Positions 9,393-18,122 of a stretch of 64,000 nucleotides of DNA are shown piece by piece. Under the pieces are notes generated by a model, which was not told the DNA's origin, did no database searches, and saw only the letters and a program-made list of their open reading frames with translations. The position numbers and the translations under genes are program-made. The DNA is from a virus: IMG/VR virus record IMGVR_UViG_3300045988_174371, positions 256,001-320,000 of that record. One strand, 5' to 3'. Positions within the stretch are counted from its first letter, which is position 1, and each line of letters begins with the position of its first letter.

Positions 9393-9457
9393 CATAGCAG
9401 AAAGGTTGCAACATGTGTTGCATATAGCCCCGTGCTGTATGCAACACTTCTGCTATG
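9393..9457. promoter_or_regulatory. Nested inverted repeats carrying three TGCAACA half-sites
   Basis: Outer repeat catagcagaaaggttgca (9393..9410) pairs with tgcaacacttctgctatg (9440..9457) at 16/18. Inner near-palindrome tgcaaca-tg-tgttgca is at 9407..9422. The element lies between the HD gene stop and the adhesin start. Confidence 0.4.
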
Positions 9458-9500
9458 TGGAATCCACAATAGCTCATCTGAACTAAAATGGAAAGCGAAT

Positions 9501-10175
9501 TTAGGCAGAAGTTTCCTTCAGCTTATCGTCAAGGTAGCGCGCCGCATAGTCATACTTCAACAGCTCCCAAGCCGCCTTGTCAGTAACTTCACGCAGGCGA
9601 GTCACATCGCGATTATCTTCAACCTCAGCGCGCTTCACAAGAGCCGCCAGATGGTTCTTAGTGACGCGAGATAGGTAGAGCCTGTAAGAATCCTCATGCT
9701 CTCCGTGGGTTAGGGCAACGACCGCCTCCATGACCTCAGCGGGCATGACCTTCTCCAGCTCATGAGCCGTGACCTTCGTGTGCTCCAACACGTCATGCAG
9801 GTATGCTACAGCTACAGCAAAATCATCACCGTGGGTAGCCTCACTGACCTGCATCGCAACATTGATAATATGCCCACCATAGTAGTCATTACCGCCCTCA
9901 TCGACCATACCCGCATGGGCAACCTTGGCGATATACTCAGCGGCATCCAGCACCCACGTCTTATAGTCAGTTTCGCGCTGGAATACACCCTTAGAAATGT
10001 CGGTACCAGACATCGCGCCAGAGCCAATGTCTACCAGGCTAATCATCCCGCTCTCAACCTTGAGAACCCATACGGTAGAGCCATCAACGAGAGCCGGTAC
10101 GGTTTCCCCGGCGGGAGTAGCTACAAGACCATACTCGTAGGCGGAAGAATCGGTGACAGGGTATACGAAACCCAT
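9501..10175 (-). CDS. HD-domain phosphohydrolase (RelA/SpoT-type, small-alarmone-hydrolase-like) with unassigned N-terminal ~80 aa
   Basis: Motif series AHAGMVDEGGNDYYGGHIINV ... AVAYLHDVLEHT ... ALTHGE ... VKRAEVEDN follows the H..HD..E..D order of (p)ppGpp-hydrolase-type HD domains. Confidence 0.6.
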   Translation of the reverse strand: MGFVYPVTDSSAYEYGLVATPAGETVPALVDGSTVWVLKVESGMISLVDIGSGAMSGTDISKGVFQRETDYKTWVLDAAEYIAKVAHAGMVDEGGNDYYGGHIINVAMQVSEATHGDDFAVAVAYLHDVLEHTKVTAHELEKVMPAEVMEAVVALTHGEHEDSYRLYLSRVTKNHLAALVKRAEVEDNRDVTRLREVTDKAAWELLKYDYAARYLDDKLKETSA

Positions 10176-10283
10176 AAGAGCACCACATGCCTTTCAAATA
10201 GATAACGAATGTGACACTAACAACATATCGCATGGTGCTGGTTGGTGTCCAACGCAACACGATAGTTTCTTTCACAGGACGCA

Positions 10284-10324
10284 ATTATGCCCCTGTAAGC
10301 TGTTGGAGCTTACAGGGGCATAAT
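10284..10324 (-). terminator. Stem-loop terminator after the NlpC/P60 gene
   Basis: Perfect 17-bp arms attatgcccctgtaagc / gcttacaggggcataat. Confidence 0.6.
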
Positions 10325-10478
10325 CAATATCGAACCTCGAAAATGTAAATACAGCCGAGCGAGTCACTGCTAGTTGTAATTACAGTTCGGTTTAGCTGAA
10401 GGCGTAACGACCCGAACGCCCCCATGTATTACATGATACCACGTAGGCATATGCCTTGCAACCCATGTGCGGAAGCAC

Positions 10479-11591
10479 TTATAGGGCGGTGTAGTAGCCA
10501 TCCACAGACATGATAGAAGTGGAGTGAATAAGGGTACCCTCAGATGGGTTGAGAGCAGAAATCATCTTGCCGTCGCCCAGGTAGATACCGACATGGCTGT
10601 AACCGTTCTGGAATACAATGTCGCCCGGCTTCGGGTTGTTAGTAACCTTGAGTTCACTAGCCATAGCGTAGGTGTACGCGGTTAGCTTAATGCCCTGCTG
10701 GGCATAAACCCATGACACAAAACCAGAGCAGTCCCAAGCACGGAACGTCTTGCCGCCCCAAATGTATGCGCCACCCAGACCAGTCTTTGCAGTCTCAACA
10801 ATTGCCGCGCGGGTAGCATCCAGGTTGGAAGTGTCTACTGCCGTGGAAGCCGCCTTACTGGAAGTCTTATCTACACGCACATCAAAGTTGGACGTGTAAT
10901 TCCCGTTAGTAGTGGTAGTGGAGGCAGGAGCACCATTATTGGTTGCTACGGAAGTGGAAGGCGTATATACGCGCTGAGAGTTCGACTGCGCAGATACGAC
11001 GGTAGCTGAACCGGCGGCATTCAGACCAGCGGGAGAGGTATCCCCACTAGTGTGAGAAGCAGGAGGGGTAAGCTCATTCGCCTTAGCGTCTGCGCGTGCC
11101 TTAGCCGCAAGTTCCTCTGCCTTCTTCTTCTCAGCCTCAGCAGTTGCCTTAGCTTCATCCTCAGCCTTCTTCTCGGCATCCGCCTTAGCCGCAAGCTCAT
11201 TGCGGGTAGCGTCAATGCCGGTCAAGAACTTATCCATAGCATTTGCGCGCGCCTGAGCCTTGCGAGCCGCATCATTCTGAAGGTTATTGAGCGTCACCAT
11301 ATCGATAGTAACGTCGCCATTCTCCATGTACACAGTCTTAAACTGCGCACGCTCTTCAGGAGTAAACTCAACAACCTTAGTATTATTAACATCCACAAGG
11401 TCATTAACGCTTGAGGTGGTTGCCGGGGCAGTAAAAGACGCAGGCACATCCGCAACATGATTAGCGGCAGACGTATCTGCATACGCTACCGACGGGGCAA
11501 CCAGAGCGGCAATAATAGGAGTGGTCAGAGTCAGCTTAGTGTAAATGTTTTTCTTGCCCATAAGGGTAAGTAACTTTCTTGTAGGGGTCAT
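10479..11591 (-). CDS. Secreted NlpC/P60 peptidoglycan endopeptidase with Ala/Lys/Glu coiled-coil (RipA-like architecture)
   Basis: Signal peptide ...KLTLTTPIIAALVAPSVAYA. Coiled-coil segment AAKADAEKKAEDEAKATAEAEKKKAEELAAKARADAKA. C-terminal NlpC/P60 core WGGKTFRAWDCSGFVSWVY...GYSHVGIYLGDGKMISA (Cys/His). Confidence 0.8.
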   Translation of the reverse strand: MTPTRKLLTLMGKKNIYTKLTLTTPIIAALVAPSVAYADTSAANHVADVPASFTAPATTSSVNDLVDVNNTKVVEFTPEERAQFKTVYMENGDVTIDMVTLNNLQNDAARKAQARANAMDKFLTGIDATRNELAAKADAEKKAEDEAKATAEAEKKKAEELAAKARADAKANELTPPASHTSGDTSPAGLNAAGSATVVSAQSNSQRVYTPSTSVATNNGAPASTTTTNGNYTSNFDVRVDKTSSKAASTAVDTSNLDATRAAIVETAKTGLGGAYIWGGKTFRAWDCSGFVSWVYAQQGIKLTAYTYAMASELKVTNNPKPGDIVFQNGYSHVGIYLGDGKMISALNPSEGTLIHSTSIMSVDGYYTAL

Positions 11592-11597
11592 CTGTCA

Positions 11598-11818
11598 GTG
11601 GCTTACGAAATTAGCTGTCAGGCTCGGCATGTCAGATTCTTGCCTAACTTCAGGTGAAGTCTTCGCCTCTAGAGAGATGCCTGTGATGCGCAAGACAATG
11701 CTTGTCGTACCCGCGCCGCAGGTACACATCTCAGATGTGGTTCTTCCGCCTCTCGGAAGGTAAATTGTTAGCCCCAAGGCTTGAGCTGAACCCCGAGAGC
11801 TCAACCAGCTCAGCTCGT
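11598..11818 (-). promoter_or_regulatory. Candidate ydaO/yuaA-type cyclic-di-AMP riboswitch in the leader of the NlpC/P60 gene
   Basis: Minus-strand leader contains GAGCUCUCGGGGUUCA, UUGGGGCUAAC and the 3' block GCCGAGCCUGACAGCUAAUUUCGUAAGCC. These resemble the conserved ydaO elements GAGC..GGGGACCCA, GGGGUGAAUC and CCCGAA.CCG.CAGCUAACCUCGUAAGCG. The boundaries are approximate. Confidence 0.55.
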
Positions 11819-11836
11819 CACATTTCCAGAAAAGAT

Positions 11837-11881
11837 GAAGCCGACTTCCGTAGGCGAAACTGCCAAACGGAAGTCGGCTTC
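11837..11881 (-). terminator. Stem-loop with U-tract downstream of the CPBP protease gene
   Basis: 14-bp arms gaagccgacttccg / cggaagtcggcttc, followed on the minus strand by ATCTTTTCT. It lies between a candidate promoter and the riboswitch, so it may belong to the leader instead. Confidence 0.5.
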
Positions 11882-11910
11882 ACAAGGTCTTTCACCTTGG
11901 AACCTTAAAA

Positions 11911-11919
11911 ATTGTACCA
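11911..11919 (-). promoter_or_regulatory. Candidate extended -10 element TGGTACAAT
   Basis: Minus strand reads TTGCGC-17 nt-TACAAT with TG one base upstream of the hexamer. The same TGGTACAAT occurs upstream of secA. Confidence 0.35.
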
Positions 11920-11951
11920 CTGAAAGTATAGCGGCGCAACAGCCACCTGCC

Positions 11952-12854
11952 TTACGAAATGAGCAGAGACGCAATCATGCCATTCACCCCGTAGAGCAAA
12001 GCAAGGTTATAAACGGCATGTGCAATCCATGAGGCGTAGATGTTCTGAGTCTTCAGCGCCAGGAAGCACAAAGCAATACCCGAAAGCACATACATGAGCA
12101 CCTGCGGAGCGATAGAGAACAAAGTGCCAGTGAAGATGTCCATAGAGCCAAGCGAAACCGCGAGATTAAACGAAGTGAGCAGAGTGCCTGCAACATGGTA
12201 TGCCATGAACCCCAAGGAAGACAGCAGAACCATAAGAACCTTCGCGCCAGGAATGACACTGTTGCGCACGGCAGACATAAGAACACCACGGAACAGCATT
12301 TCCTCAGCAATGGGCGCGAGAGCTACCGTAAACCCAAGGTAAGCCAAGAGCGTAGGGAGATTCATCACCTGGTAGGGCGCTACAGCCTCCACAGGCGGCT
12401 TTCCACCCGCCAACATCGTAGAACCCACACTGATGACCATAAGCGCCACAGCGCCCAGCAGACCGCTCCACAGGTACCTATAAGACAGCATAGGGTTGAA
12501 GACACCAAACAAGACGGAGCGGATGGAGCCGCCAATTCGAGGTGCCACCAGCTTAGCAACAATCACCGTAACCCCAATGATGGTGGCGCTGTACACCATT
12601 GAGACAATGTGATGATTCGCAACAGGGAGGTTAAGGCTCGCAATTGGGTTGCTAAGAAGCCAGGTAATGCCGTTGCTGACGACAAACACGGCGACAATTG
12701 CCGCCAACCCATAGAAAGCAAGCTTCAGTAGACTTCCAGCGCTACTGGAGGTAGGGGAACTAACCTTTTCAGGGATGACATCGGCGGAGTGTTCTTCCTG
12801 CTCCTGTGCAGGCAAAGTGGAAGGCTCAGCGGCGGCAGTCGTATTTTCAGACAC
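11952..12854 (-). CDS. CPBP-family (CAAX/Abi) intramembrane glutamic protease
   Basis: Multi-TM protein with the three CPBP motifs EEMLFRG, FMAYHV and HAVYNL in order. Confidence 0.8.
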   Translation of the reverse strand: MSENTTAAAEPSTLPAQEQEEHSADVIPEKVSSPTSSSAGSLLKLAFYGLAAIVAVFVVSNGITWLLSNPIASLNLPVANHHIVSMVYSATIIGVTVIVAKLVAPRIGGSIRSVLFGVFNPMLSYRYLWSGLLGAVALMVISVGSTMLAGGKPPVEAVAPYQVMNLPTLLAYLGFTVALAPIAEEMLFRGVLMSAVRNSVIPGAKVLMVLLSSLGFMAYHVAGTLLTSFNLAVSLGSMDIFTGTLFSIAPQVLMYVLSGIALCFLALKTQNIYASWIAHAVYNLALLYGVNGMIASLLIS

Positions 12855-12911
12855 GAATATCTATTCCTTTCAGTAGTAAAGTTTCAAGCAGGGGTGGTAT
12901 AAGTATAACGC

Positions 12912-12958
12912 ATTGGCGGGCTAACTAAAGAGAAGACCTCAATAGTTAGCCCGCCAAT
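12912..12958 (-). terminator. Stem-loop terminator
   Basis: Perfect 15-bp arms attggcgggctaact / agttagcccgccaat, downstream of the gene ending at 12974. Confidence 0.6.
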
Positions 12959-12973
12959 CTCGCTAACTATACA

Positions 12974-14581
12974 CTAGTCAGCGATGCGCTTGTAATAGGT
13001 TCGAGGACGCAAGCCCTGAGCCTTATTCAGACGGCGCGCCTCAGCAATATCTGCCATGTCGCGCTTACGGTACTCAGCGAAAGTCATACCGTACTTGTAG
13101 GTTTCGTATTCGTAATCGTCAGCAAAACGCTTATCGGTACCTGCACGGCGCTTCATATCCTTCGCCTCGGCGTAAGGAAGAAGACCTTCAATGTAGAGCA
13201 AGTAGCCGTCTTCGGTGCCGAAAACAAACTTCGGGTTGCCAGAGTTGCCGGTAAGGATTACGCCAAAGCTATTACCAGATACCTTGAACAGCTCATTGCG
13301 GAGCTTGTCGGAAGTGTCAGCAGACTTGTAGCGCTTGAAGTCACCCTTATTGACCTGCCACACCAGCTGGCTCTGGGTGTTAATGATGGTCAGGTCGCCA
13401 AACTGGGAGCGAATGGCGTGCCACACCTCAGAGTTTGAGGACATGTAGGTGTGAAGGATGCCCATGTCCTTCTCGGGGTTACTTTCGTTCGGGATGGCAA
13501 GGTCGAAACCCTTAGCCTTGTTGCGGTGACGAATGTAACCCTGGATGCCGCGAACGTTGCGGTCAGACTTCATATCGCCGGGCTCGAAACGCCAACCATC
13601 CGCAAACTCGTAAACGTCAGACGGCAGGACAGTGGCAGGGGAAGTAAATACATCGCTCACAGTCCAGTTATGGTCGTAACCATGCTCATCGGAGTAAACG
13701 TTGGGGTTGGTTACGTTCGAACGGGAGAAGCCGTCATCGCGAACAGCCTGAAGCTTAGTACCGTCACCATCCGTCAAGATGATGAGAACATCTTCCTTGC
13801 CCTTACCACGAACGTTACGGGTAGCACGAACCGTAATGTTACCACCCTGAGCATTCTGCTTAGCGGTCGGAAGCAGTCGCACAGACTGGTTCGGCGCAGA
13901 GGAAATGTATGCCGGAACAAAGCCGCCCTCAAAGTCGCCCATAAGAACGACGCCCTCTTCGTATGCCAGACCGTGAATGGGGTCATTATGGGAGCTGATG
14001 CTAATAAACAGGGTTTCATTAGTGCCCGGCGCGGAGCAGATGTCCCAGACATGTTCCGCCTTATACGGGCGACCCTGCGGGTCACGAATATCACGCAGAA
14101 CCCAATCCTTACCAGTGGTGTCCGACTCCCAAACAGCGGTGCGGTTCCACAGGTCACGGAAGTTTGCAGGCTGAGACGGGTCAGTAAGCGGGACGTAGAT
14201 GCGACCTGCCGCATACTGAGCAGTAACAGCCTCAGAGCCAGCAGGCTTGAACTGCATCAGAGAGTTGCCACTCGCATCAAAGCTGGAGAGGTAGACTCGA
14301 CTAGTGCCGTAAGTGTCGCCATTTGCGTTATAGTCGCCGTAGCCGGGGGTTACAACATTGTTCCACGGGGAAACGGTGACGGAGTTAATTGCGGAAAGCG
14401 ACGTGGTGCTGTTGCCTCGCTTGATTGCGTGACCAACAGCGGGGGTTGCTACCTTCTTGACCACGGGGTCCTTTGCGGCGGCAACGAAACGACTGCGCGC
14501 ATTGGCGGCAGGCGCATTGATAGCCATCAGTGCGCCACCAGCGGCGACACCAGCAATCAGAGAACGGCGGGAAATAGACAT
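12974..14581 (-). CDS. Secreted protein of unknown function with a twin-arginine-like signal peptide
   Basis: N-terminus MSISRRSLIAGVAAGGALMAINAPAANA (RR + hydrophobic + AxA). Weak Asp-box-like strings (ESDTTGKDW, TDGDGTKL) hint at a beta-propeller. No catalytic motif recognised. Confidence 0.55.
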   Translation of the reverse strand: MSISRRSLIAGVAAGGALMAINAPAANARSRFVAAAKDPVVKKVATPAVGHAIKRGNSTTSLSAINSVTVSPWNNVVTPGYGDYNANGDTYGTSRVYLSSFDASGNSLMQFKPAGSEAVTAQYAAGRIYVPLTDPSQPANFRDLWNRTAVWESDTTGKDWVLRDIRDPQGRPYKAEHVWDICSAPGTNETLFISISSHNDPIHGLAYEEGVVLMGDFEGGFVPAYISSAPNQSVRLLPTAKQNAQGGNITVRATRNVRGKGKEDVLIILTDGDGTKLQAVRDDGFSRSNVTNPNVYSDEHGYDHNWTVSDVFTSPATVLPSDVYEFADGWRFEPGDMKSDRNVRGIQGYIRHRNKAKGFDLAIPNESNPEKDMGILHTYMSSNSEVWHAIRSQFGDLTIINTQSQLVWQVNKGDFKRYKSADTSDKLRNELFKVSGNSFGVILTGNSGNPKFVFGTEDGYLLYIEGLLPYAEAKDMKRRAGTDKRFADDYEYETYKYGMTFAEYRKRDMADIAEARRLNKAQGLRPRTYYKRIAD

Positions 14582-14808
14582 AGTGTGTACTCCTAAATAG
14601 TTGAAGTTGAAGTGAATAAAAGAAGTGAATAATGCCGACCCGACTACCAGAGGCGAGCCAACGAAATTTAGTGTACCACATGTAAAACGAGTTGCGCAAA
14701 TCGAGTGTTTTAGGCGTAAATATAGAGGGGTTCCTCCGTCCCACTCCCTTATTTAGGAAGCAAGACAGAGGAACCCCTCCGAAAACAGTCACCTTCCAGC
14801 AGGTAGCC

Positions 14809-17052
14809 CTACCACAGCTTCAAATCATACTTTGAAGTCGTTGAGCTGTCGTCATTTACCACAATATTCTCCAAATCTCCAGGCTTGAAAGCGGCTCCAC
14901 CAAAGAAGTACTCGGCACGCGCCGCCTTTAGAAAATACGGGTCAGGATACTCTAGACCGTCAGCATCCTTAAACGTCGCCTCCTTAGGCAGGTGGACAAC
15001 ATCGAGGGTTCCTTCACGATTACCCTGAGGCGCATACGCAAACCTAGTGTCACCGGATTCATCCTTATACGTCATCACAAAATCATATGAGCGTGAAGCA
15101 TCATCACTCTCCCACCAATACTCTTCAAAGCCATTAGCACTGTTTGACAGAGACGAGTCCTGCATATTGCTACGCTTATAGGTCAGAGACTCCTGCCTAG
15201 CTGTAGCACGACCAGCGAAAGCCGCCGCCAAAGTCTCCGCCTGCGAAACATCCGCAGGGTTCACAGTGGTACTAACATTAGGCAGGTAAGAGCGGCGCGA
15301 AACAGCTTGCGCCATATCCGTATAAGAGCCACCCCTAGCGCTCCTACCGCGCAACACTCGCAAGCGAGGAGTTATACCATCCTCTTCAGGGTTGCCGGGC
15401 ACAATGTCATCCAGGGTGGGCTCAAAAGTATCTGAAGCCATCTTATACTTGCCACTCTTCAGCCCCTCAACGATTACGTCAGAGAAGTACGGGTCTGTAG
15501 GGTCACCTTCAATACCTAGGCGGCTCTGCAATGCGACAAGGGCATTGTACTTGTCGTCTTCCTGCTCATTCCGAATGTAGTAATCCATTACACCTGAGAC
15601 GGCGACCGACTGGTACTGCAACTTGCGCAAACTGTTGAGCGCATCCTTCTGAGGGGCGGTGAGCTCCAAATGGGCGTTCTCCGGGTCTTGCGACAAGTCC
15701 TCGTATACATCCCTCAACTGTTCGCGCTCCTGTGCGTCCCACCTGTACGCCCGATACATGACAGCATCCTCTTGAGAGCCATACCTGCGGATAGCCGCCC
15801 TCTGCGTTACGGTATCTGAATAAGGGCTAATGTTTATTGCCACATACCCACCATCATCAATGTACTTCGTGATGGATTTATCTTTTTCGCGAACAACTGA
15901 CCCGGCAAATTGAGAGTCATTCTCTCGTAGAGGGTAATTCATATCCCCGTCTGGAGTCTGAGGGAGGCTGTGCAACAGCTCGCCATCTTCAGGGATGTAA
16001 GGGCTGGCAATACCAAACTCCATGACGTAGCCACTATCCGTCTCATCCCTATCCTGCCCCAACGGGTCAATAGTCTCAAACATTCTAACTCGACCACGCC
16101 CCTGAGGGGTCTCAGCCCAAACCTTCTGAGCGCGCTCAGCTTCCTCCTCATCAAGAGGCTTATCGAAGTTTCGCGTAATCCACGTAAGAGGCGAATACTC
16201 TACAGCCTTCAACTCCTCCGAAACATCATTACCCTCCGCCTCAAGGTCTTCCAGCATATTCCTACGCCACTCCAGAACCTCATCCAAGTCCTTCTCATCC
16301 CACCCAGCATACGCAAGAGCTTCCTTTATTCGCTCCGCATCAGTCTCAGGCTCCCAGTAGCGGTCATCGTCAAGCTCATATACAGGGCGGGCAATGCGCA
16401 TTGAAGAAACATCGAAGTCCAACGCGAACTGACCTGTATCAGGGTCAAGCCAACCCGCACTGTCCCTACCATGCTCGACAGGCTTACCCTGTACGGGCTG
16501 TTCAGTCTCTACCGGCGGCGTGGGCGGCGGGGCAATATCAATATCTACAATATGGAAGTTGTCGATAGCTTCCTCAAGAGTAGCCATTGGAATAGGCTGA
16601 GCAGGCTCTTCTGCCGCGCCAGCGTTATCGGCAGGCGGTGACGGGACATTGAGGTCAATGTCAATAAAGCTTACGTTCCCAATAGTGCCAGCGAGAGTTG
16701 CAGTGGACTCAACCTTCGGAGTTTCCTGTGGGGCTTCAGTGGGCTTATCGGGTTCAACTTCCAATAGGTCTGCTGGGTCACCTGGATAGGGATAATTCTC
16801 AGGGTCGCGGCTGTATAGCGTCCAAGGGGTTATGCCCAATGTCTCAAAAATTTCAGGGCTCAGACCATCCTCACCAAACGTATCTAGCGCCATATCGTAG
16901 TTATGTCGGCTCAAAGCTTCCAGCTCTAGCCAGCTATCTGCTTCAGCAGGAGTATTGAAGTGTGGAGCGTTGGAGGCGAACTTGCACTGATGCTCGGCAC
17001 TGCAAGGAAGCCGCCGGTTATCGTCGTTAATATGGTACTGTCCCTTAGCCAT
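14809..17052 (-). CDS. Member of the H-C-C-H knuckle / C-terminal-Trp family (747 aa, acidic)
   Basis: N-terminus MAKGQYHINDDNRRLPCSAEHQCKFASNAPHFNTPAEADSWLE aligns with the array proteins at 51039..61333. The protein ends ...KYDLKLW. No signal peptide or TM segment. Confidence 0.7.
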   Translation of the reverse strand: MAKGQYHINDDNRRLPCSAEHQCKFASNAPHFNTPAEADSWLELEALSRHNYDMALDTFGEDGLSPEIFETLGITPWTLYSRDPENYPYPGDPADLLEVEPDKPTEAPQETPKVESTATLAGTIGNVSFIDIDLNVPSPPADNAGAAEEPAQPIPMATLEEAIDNFHIVDIDIAPPPTPPVETEQPVQGKPVEHGRDSAGWLDPDTGQFALDFDVSSMRIARPVYELDDDRYWEPETDAERIKEALAYAGWDEKDLDEVLEWRRNMLEDLEAEGNDVSEELKAVEYSPLTWITRNFDKPLDEEEAERAQKVWAETPQGRGRVRMFETIDPLGQDRDETDSGYVMEFGIASPYIPEDGELLHSLPQTPDGDMNYPLRENDSQFAGSVVREKDKSITKYIDDGGYVAINISPYSDTVTQRAAIRRYGSQEDAVMYRAYRWDAQEREQLRDVYEDLSQDPENAHLELTAPQKDALNSLRKLQYQSVAVSGVMDYYIRNEQEDDKYNALVALQSRLGIEGDPTDPYFSDVIVEGLKSGKYKMASDTFEPTLDDIVPGNPEEDGITPRLRVLRGRSARGGSYTDMAQAVSRRSYLPNVSTTVNPADVSQAETLAAAFAGRATARQESLTYKRSNMQDSSLSNSANGFEEYWWESDDASRSYDFVMTYKDESGDTRFAYAPQGNREGTLDVVHLPKEATFKDADGLEYPDPYFLKAARAEYFFGGAAFKPGDLENIVVNDDSSTTSKYDLKLW

Positions 17053-17077
17053 AATCCAACTACTTTCATAACGTGTA

Positions 17078-17134
17078 ATATATAGGTGGTACCAAAACGC
17101 CTACATAGCAAGCCTTCTGGTACCACCTATATAT
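17078..17134. promoter_or_regulatory. 17-bp inverted repeat in the divergent 14809-family / pspA intergenic region
   Basis: atatataggtggtacca (17078..17094) pairs with tggtaccacctatatat (17118..17134). The arms contain the recurrent ATATATAG motif on both strands. Confidence 0.45.
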
Positions 17135-17184
17135 CAATAAGAGCCGAAACACACAGGAAACCCACAGGAGTTATTCGCCCAGCC

Positions 17185-17215
17185 TTGACAGACAGCTCTA
17201 AAAATGTGCTATAGT
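17185..17215 (+). promoter_or_regulatory. Candidate pspA promoter
   Basis: TTGACA (17185..17190), a 19-nt spacer, then TGCTATAGT (extended -10, hexamer at 17210..17215). It lies 65 nt upstream of the ATG. Confidence 0.45.
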
Positions 17216-17280
17216 GTAACTGTAGTGGTCGCAATCTCGCGGGCACACACCAATAACCCAACCTCGAAAGGTAAAACACT

Positions 17281-18000
17281 ATGGCTAAGAAGATTGGCAT
17301 CTTTGACCGCATCTCCCAGCTGGTGAAGGCAAACATCAACGACCTCCTGGACAAGGCAGAAGACCCTCAGAAGATGCTGGCTCAGCTCATCCTTGACTAC
17401 ACCAACAACATCCGCGAAGCAGAAGGCTCTGTTGCTCAGCTCATCGGCACCCTCCGCCTACTGGAGAAGGACTACGCCGAAGACGAGAAGACTGCGAAGG
17501 AGTGGGGCACTAAGGCTCTAGCCGCCTCCAATAAGGCAGACGAGTACCGCGCCGCCGGTGACACCGCCAACGCTGACAAGTTCGACAGGCTCGCCAAGAC
17601 CGCCATCTCCAACCAGCTCGCCGCTGAGAAGAAGATGCAGATTGCTGAGCCTCAGATTACTGCACAGGCCGAGACTGTCAATAAGCTCAAGGCAAGCCTT
17701 GACGTTATGCGCAACAAGCTTGAGCAGGTGAAGCAGAAGAAGGCTGAGCTGGAGGCGCGCCAGAAGACCGCTGAAGCTACCCTGCTCATGGCAGAAACTT
17801 CCAAGAACTTCAACACTATTGACCCCACCTCTGCACTGGCAGGTGTGGAAGAGAAGGTTCGCCGCCTGGAAGCCAAGTCCCTGGGTGAGCAGGAGCTTGC
17901 TGAAAGCCGCCTAGATGACGACTTCGAGGCACTTGCAGACCTTGAGCGTGACCAGGAGCTAGAGGCTCGCCTTGCGGCTCTGAAGGGTAACAAGGCATAG
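17281..18000 (+). CDS. pspA: PspA/IM30 family membrane-stress protein
   Basis: N-terminus GIFDRISQLVKANINDLLDKAEDPQKMLAQLILDY is the PspA/IM30 signature. The remainder is predicted coiled coil. Confidence 0.85.
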   Translation: MAKKIGIFDRISQLVKANINDLLDKAEDPQKMLAQLILDYTNNIREAEGSVAQLIGTLRLLEKDYAEDEKTAKEWGTKALAASNKADEYRAAGDTANADKFDRLAKTAISNQLAAEKKMQIAEPQITAQAETVNKLKASLDVMRNKLEQVKQKKAELEARQKTAEATLLMAETSKNFNTIDPTSALAGVEEKVRRLEAKSLGEQELAESRLDDDFEALADLERDQELEARLAALKGNKA

Positions 18001-18074
18001 CCCTAAGGCAATAACGTCACCCAGCGATGCATTACATGTAGGTGATTTGGCTGTTACCCCGCAGGAGTGACGCA

Positions 18075-18114
18075 GTGAAACCCCCAACCAGTCAAGGTTG
18101 GGGGTTTCACTTTT
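18075..18114 (+). terminator. Rho-independent terminator of pspA
   Basis: 15-bp arms gtgaaacccccaacc / ggttgggggtttcac with a 6-nt loop, followed by TTTT. Confidence 0.8.
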
Positions 18115-18122
18115 ATACGCAG

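Noticed and set aside
17127-17354. 75-aa minus-strand ORF across the pspA promoter and start.
   Set aside because: It overlaps the pspA promoter and 5' coding region in antisense. It has no SD or motif, and the well-supported pspA gene explains the region.
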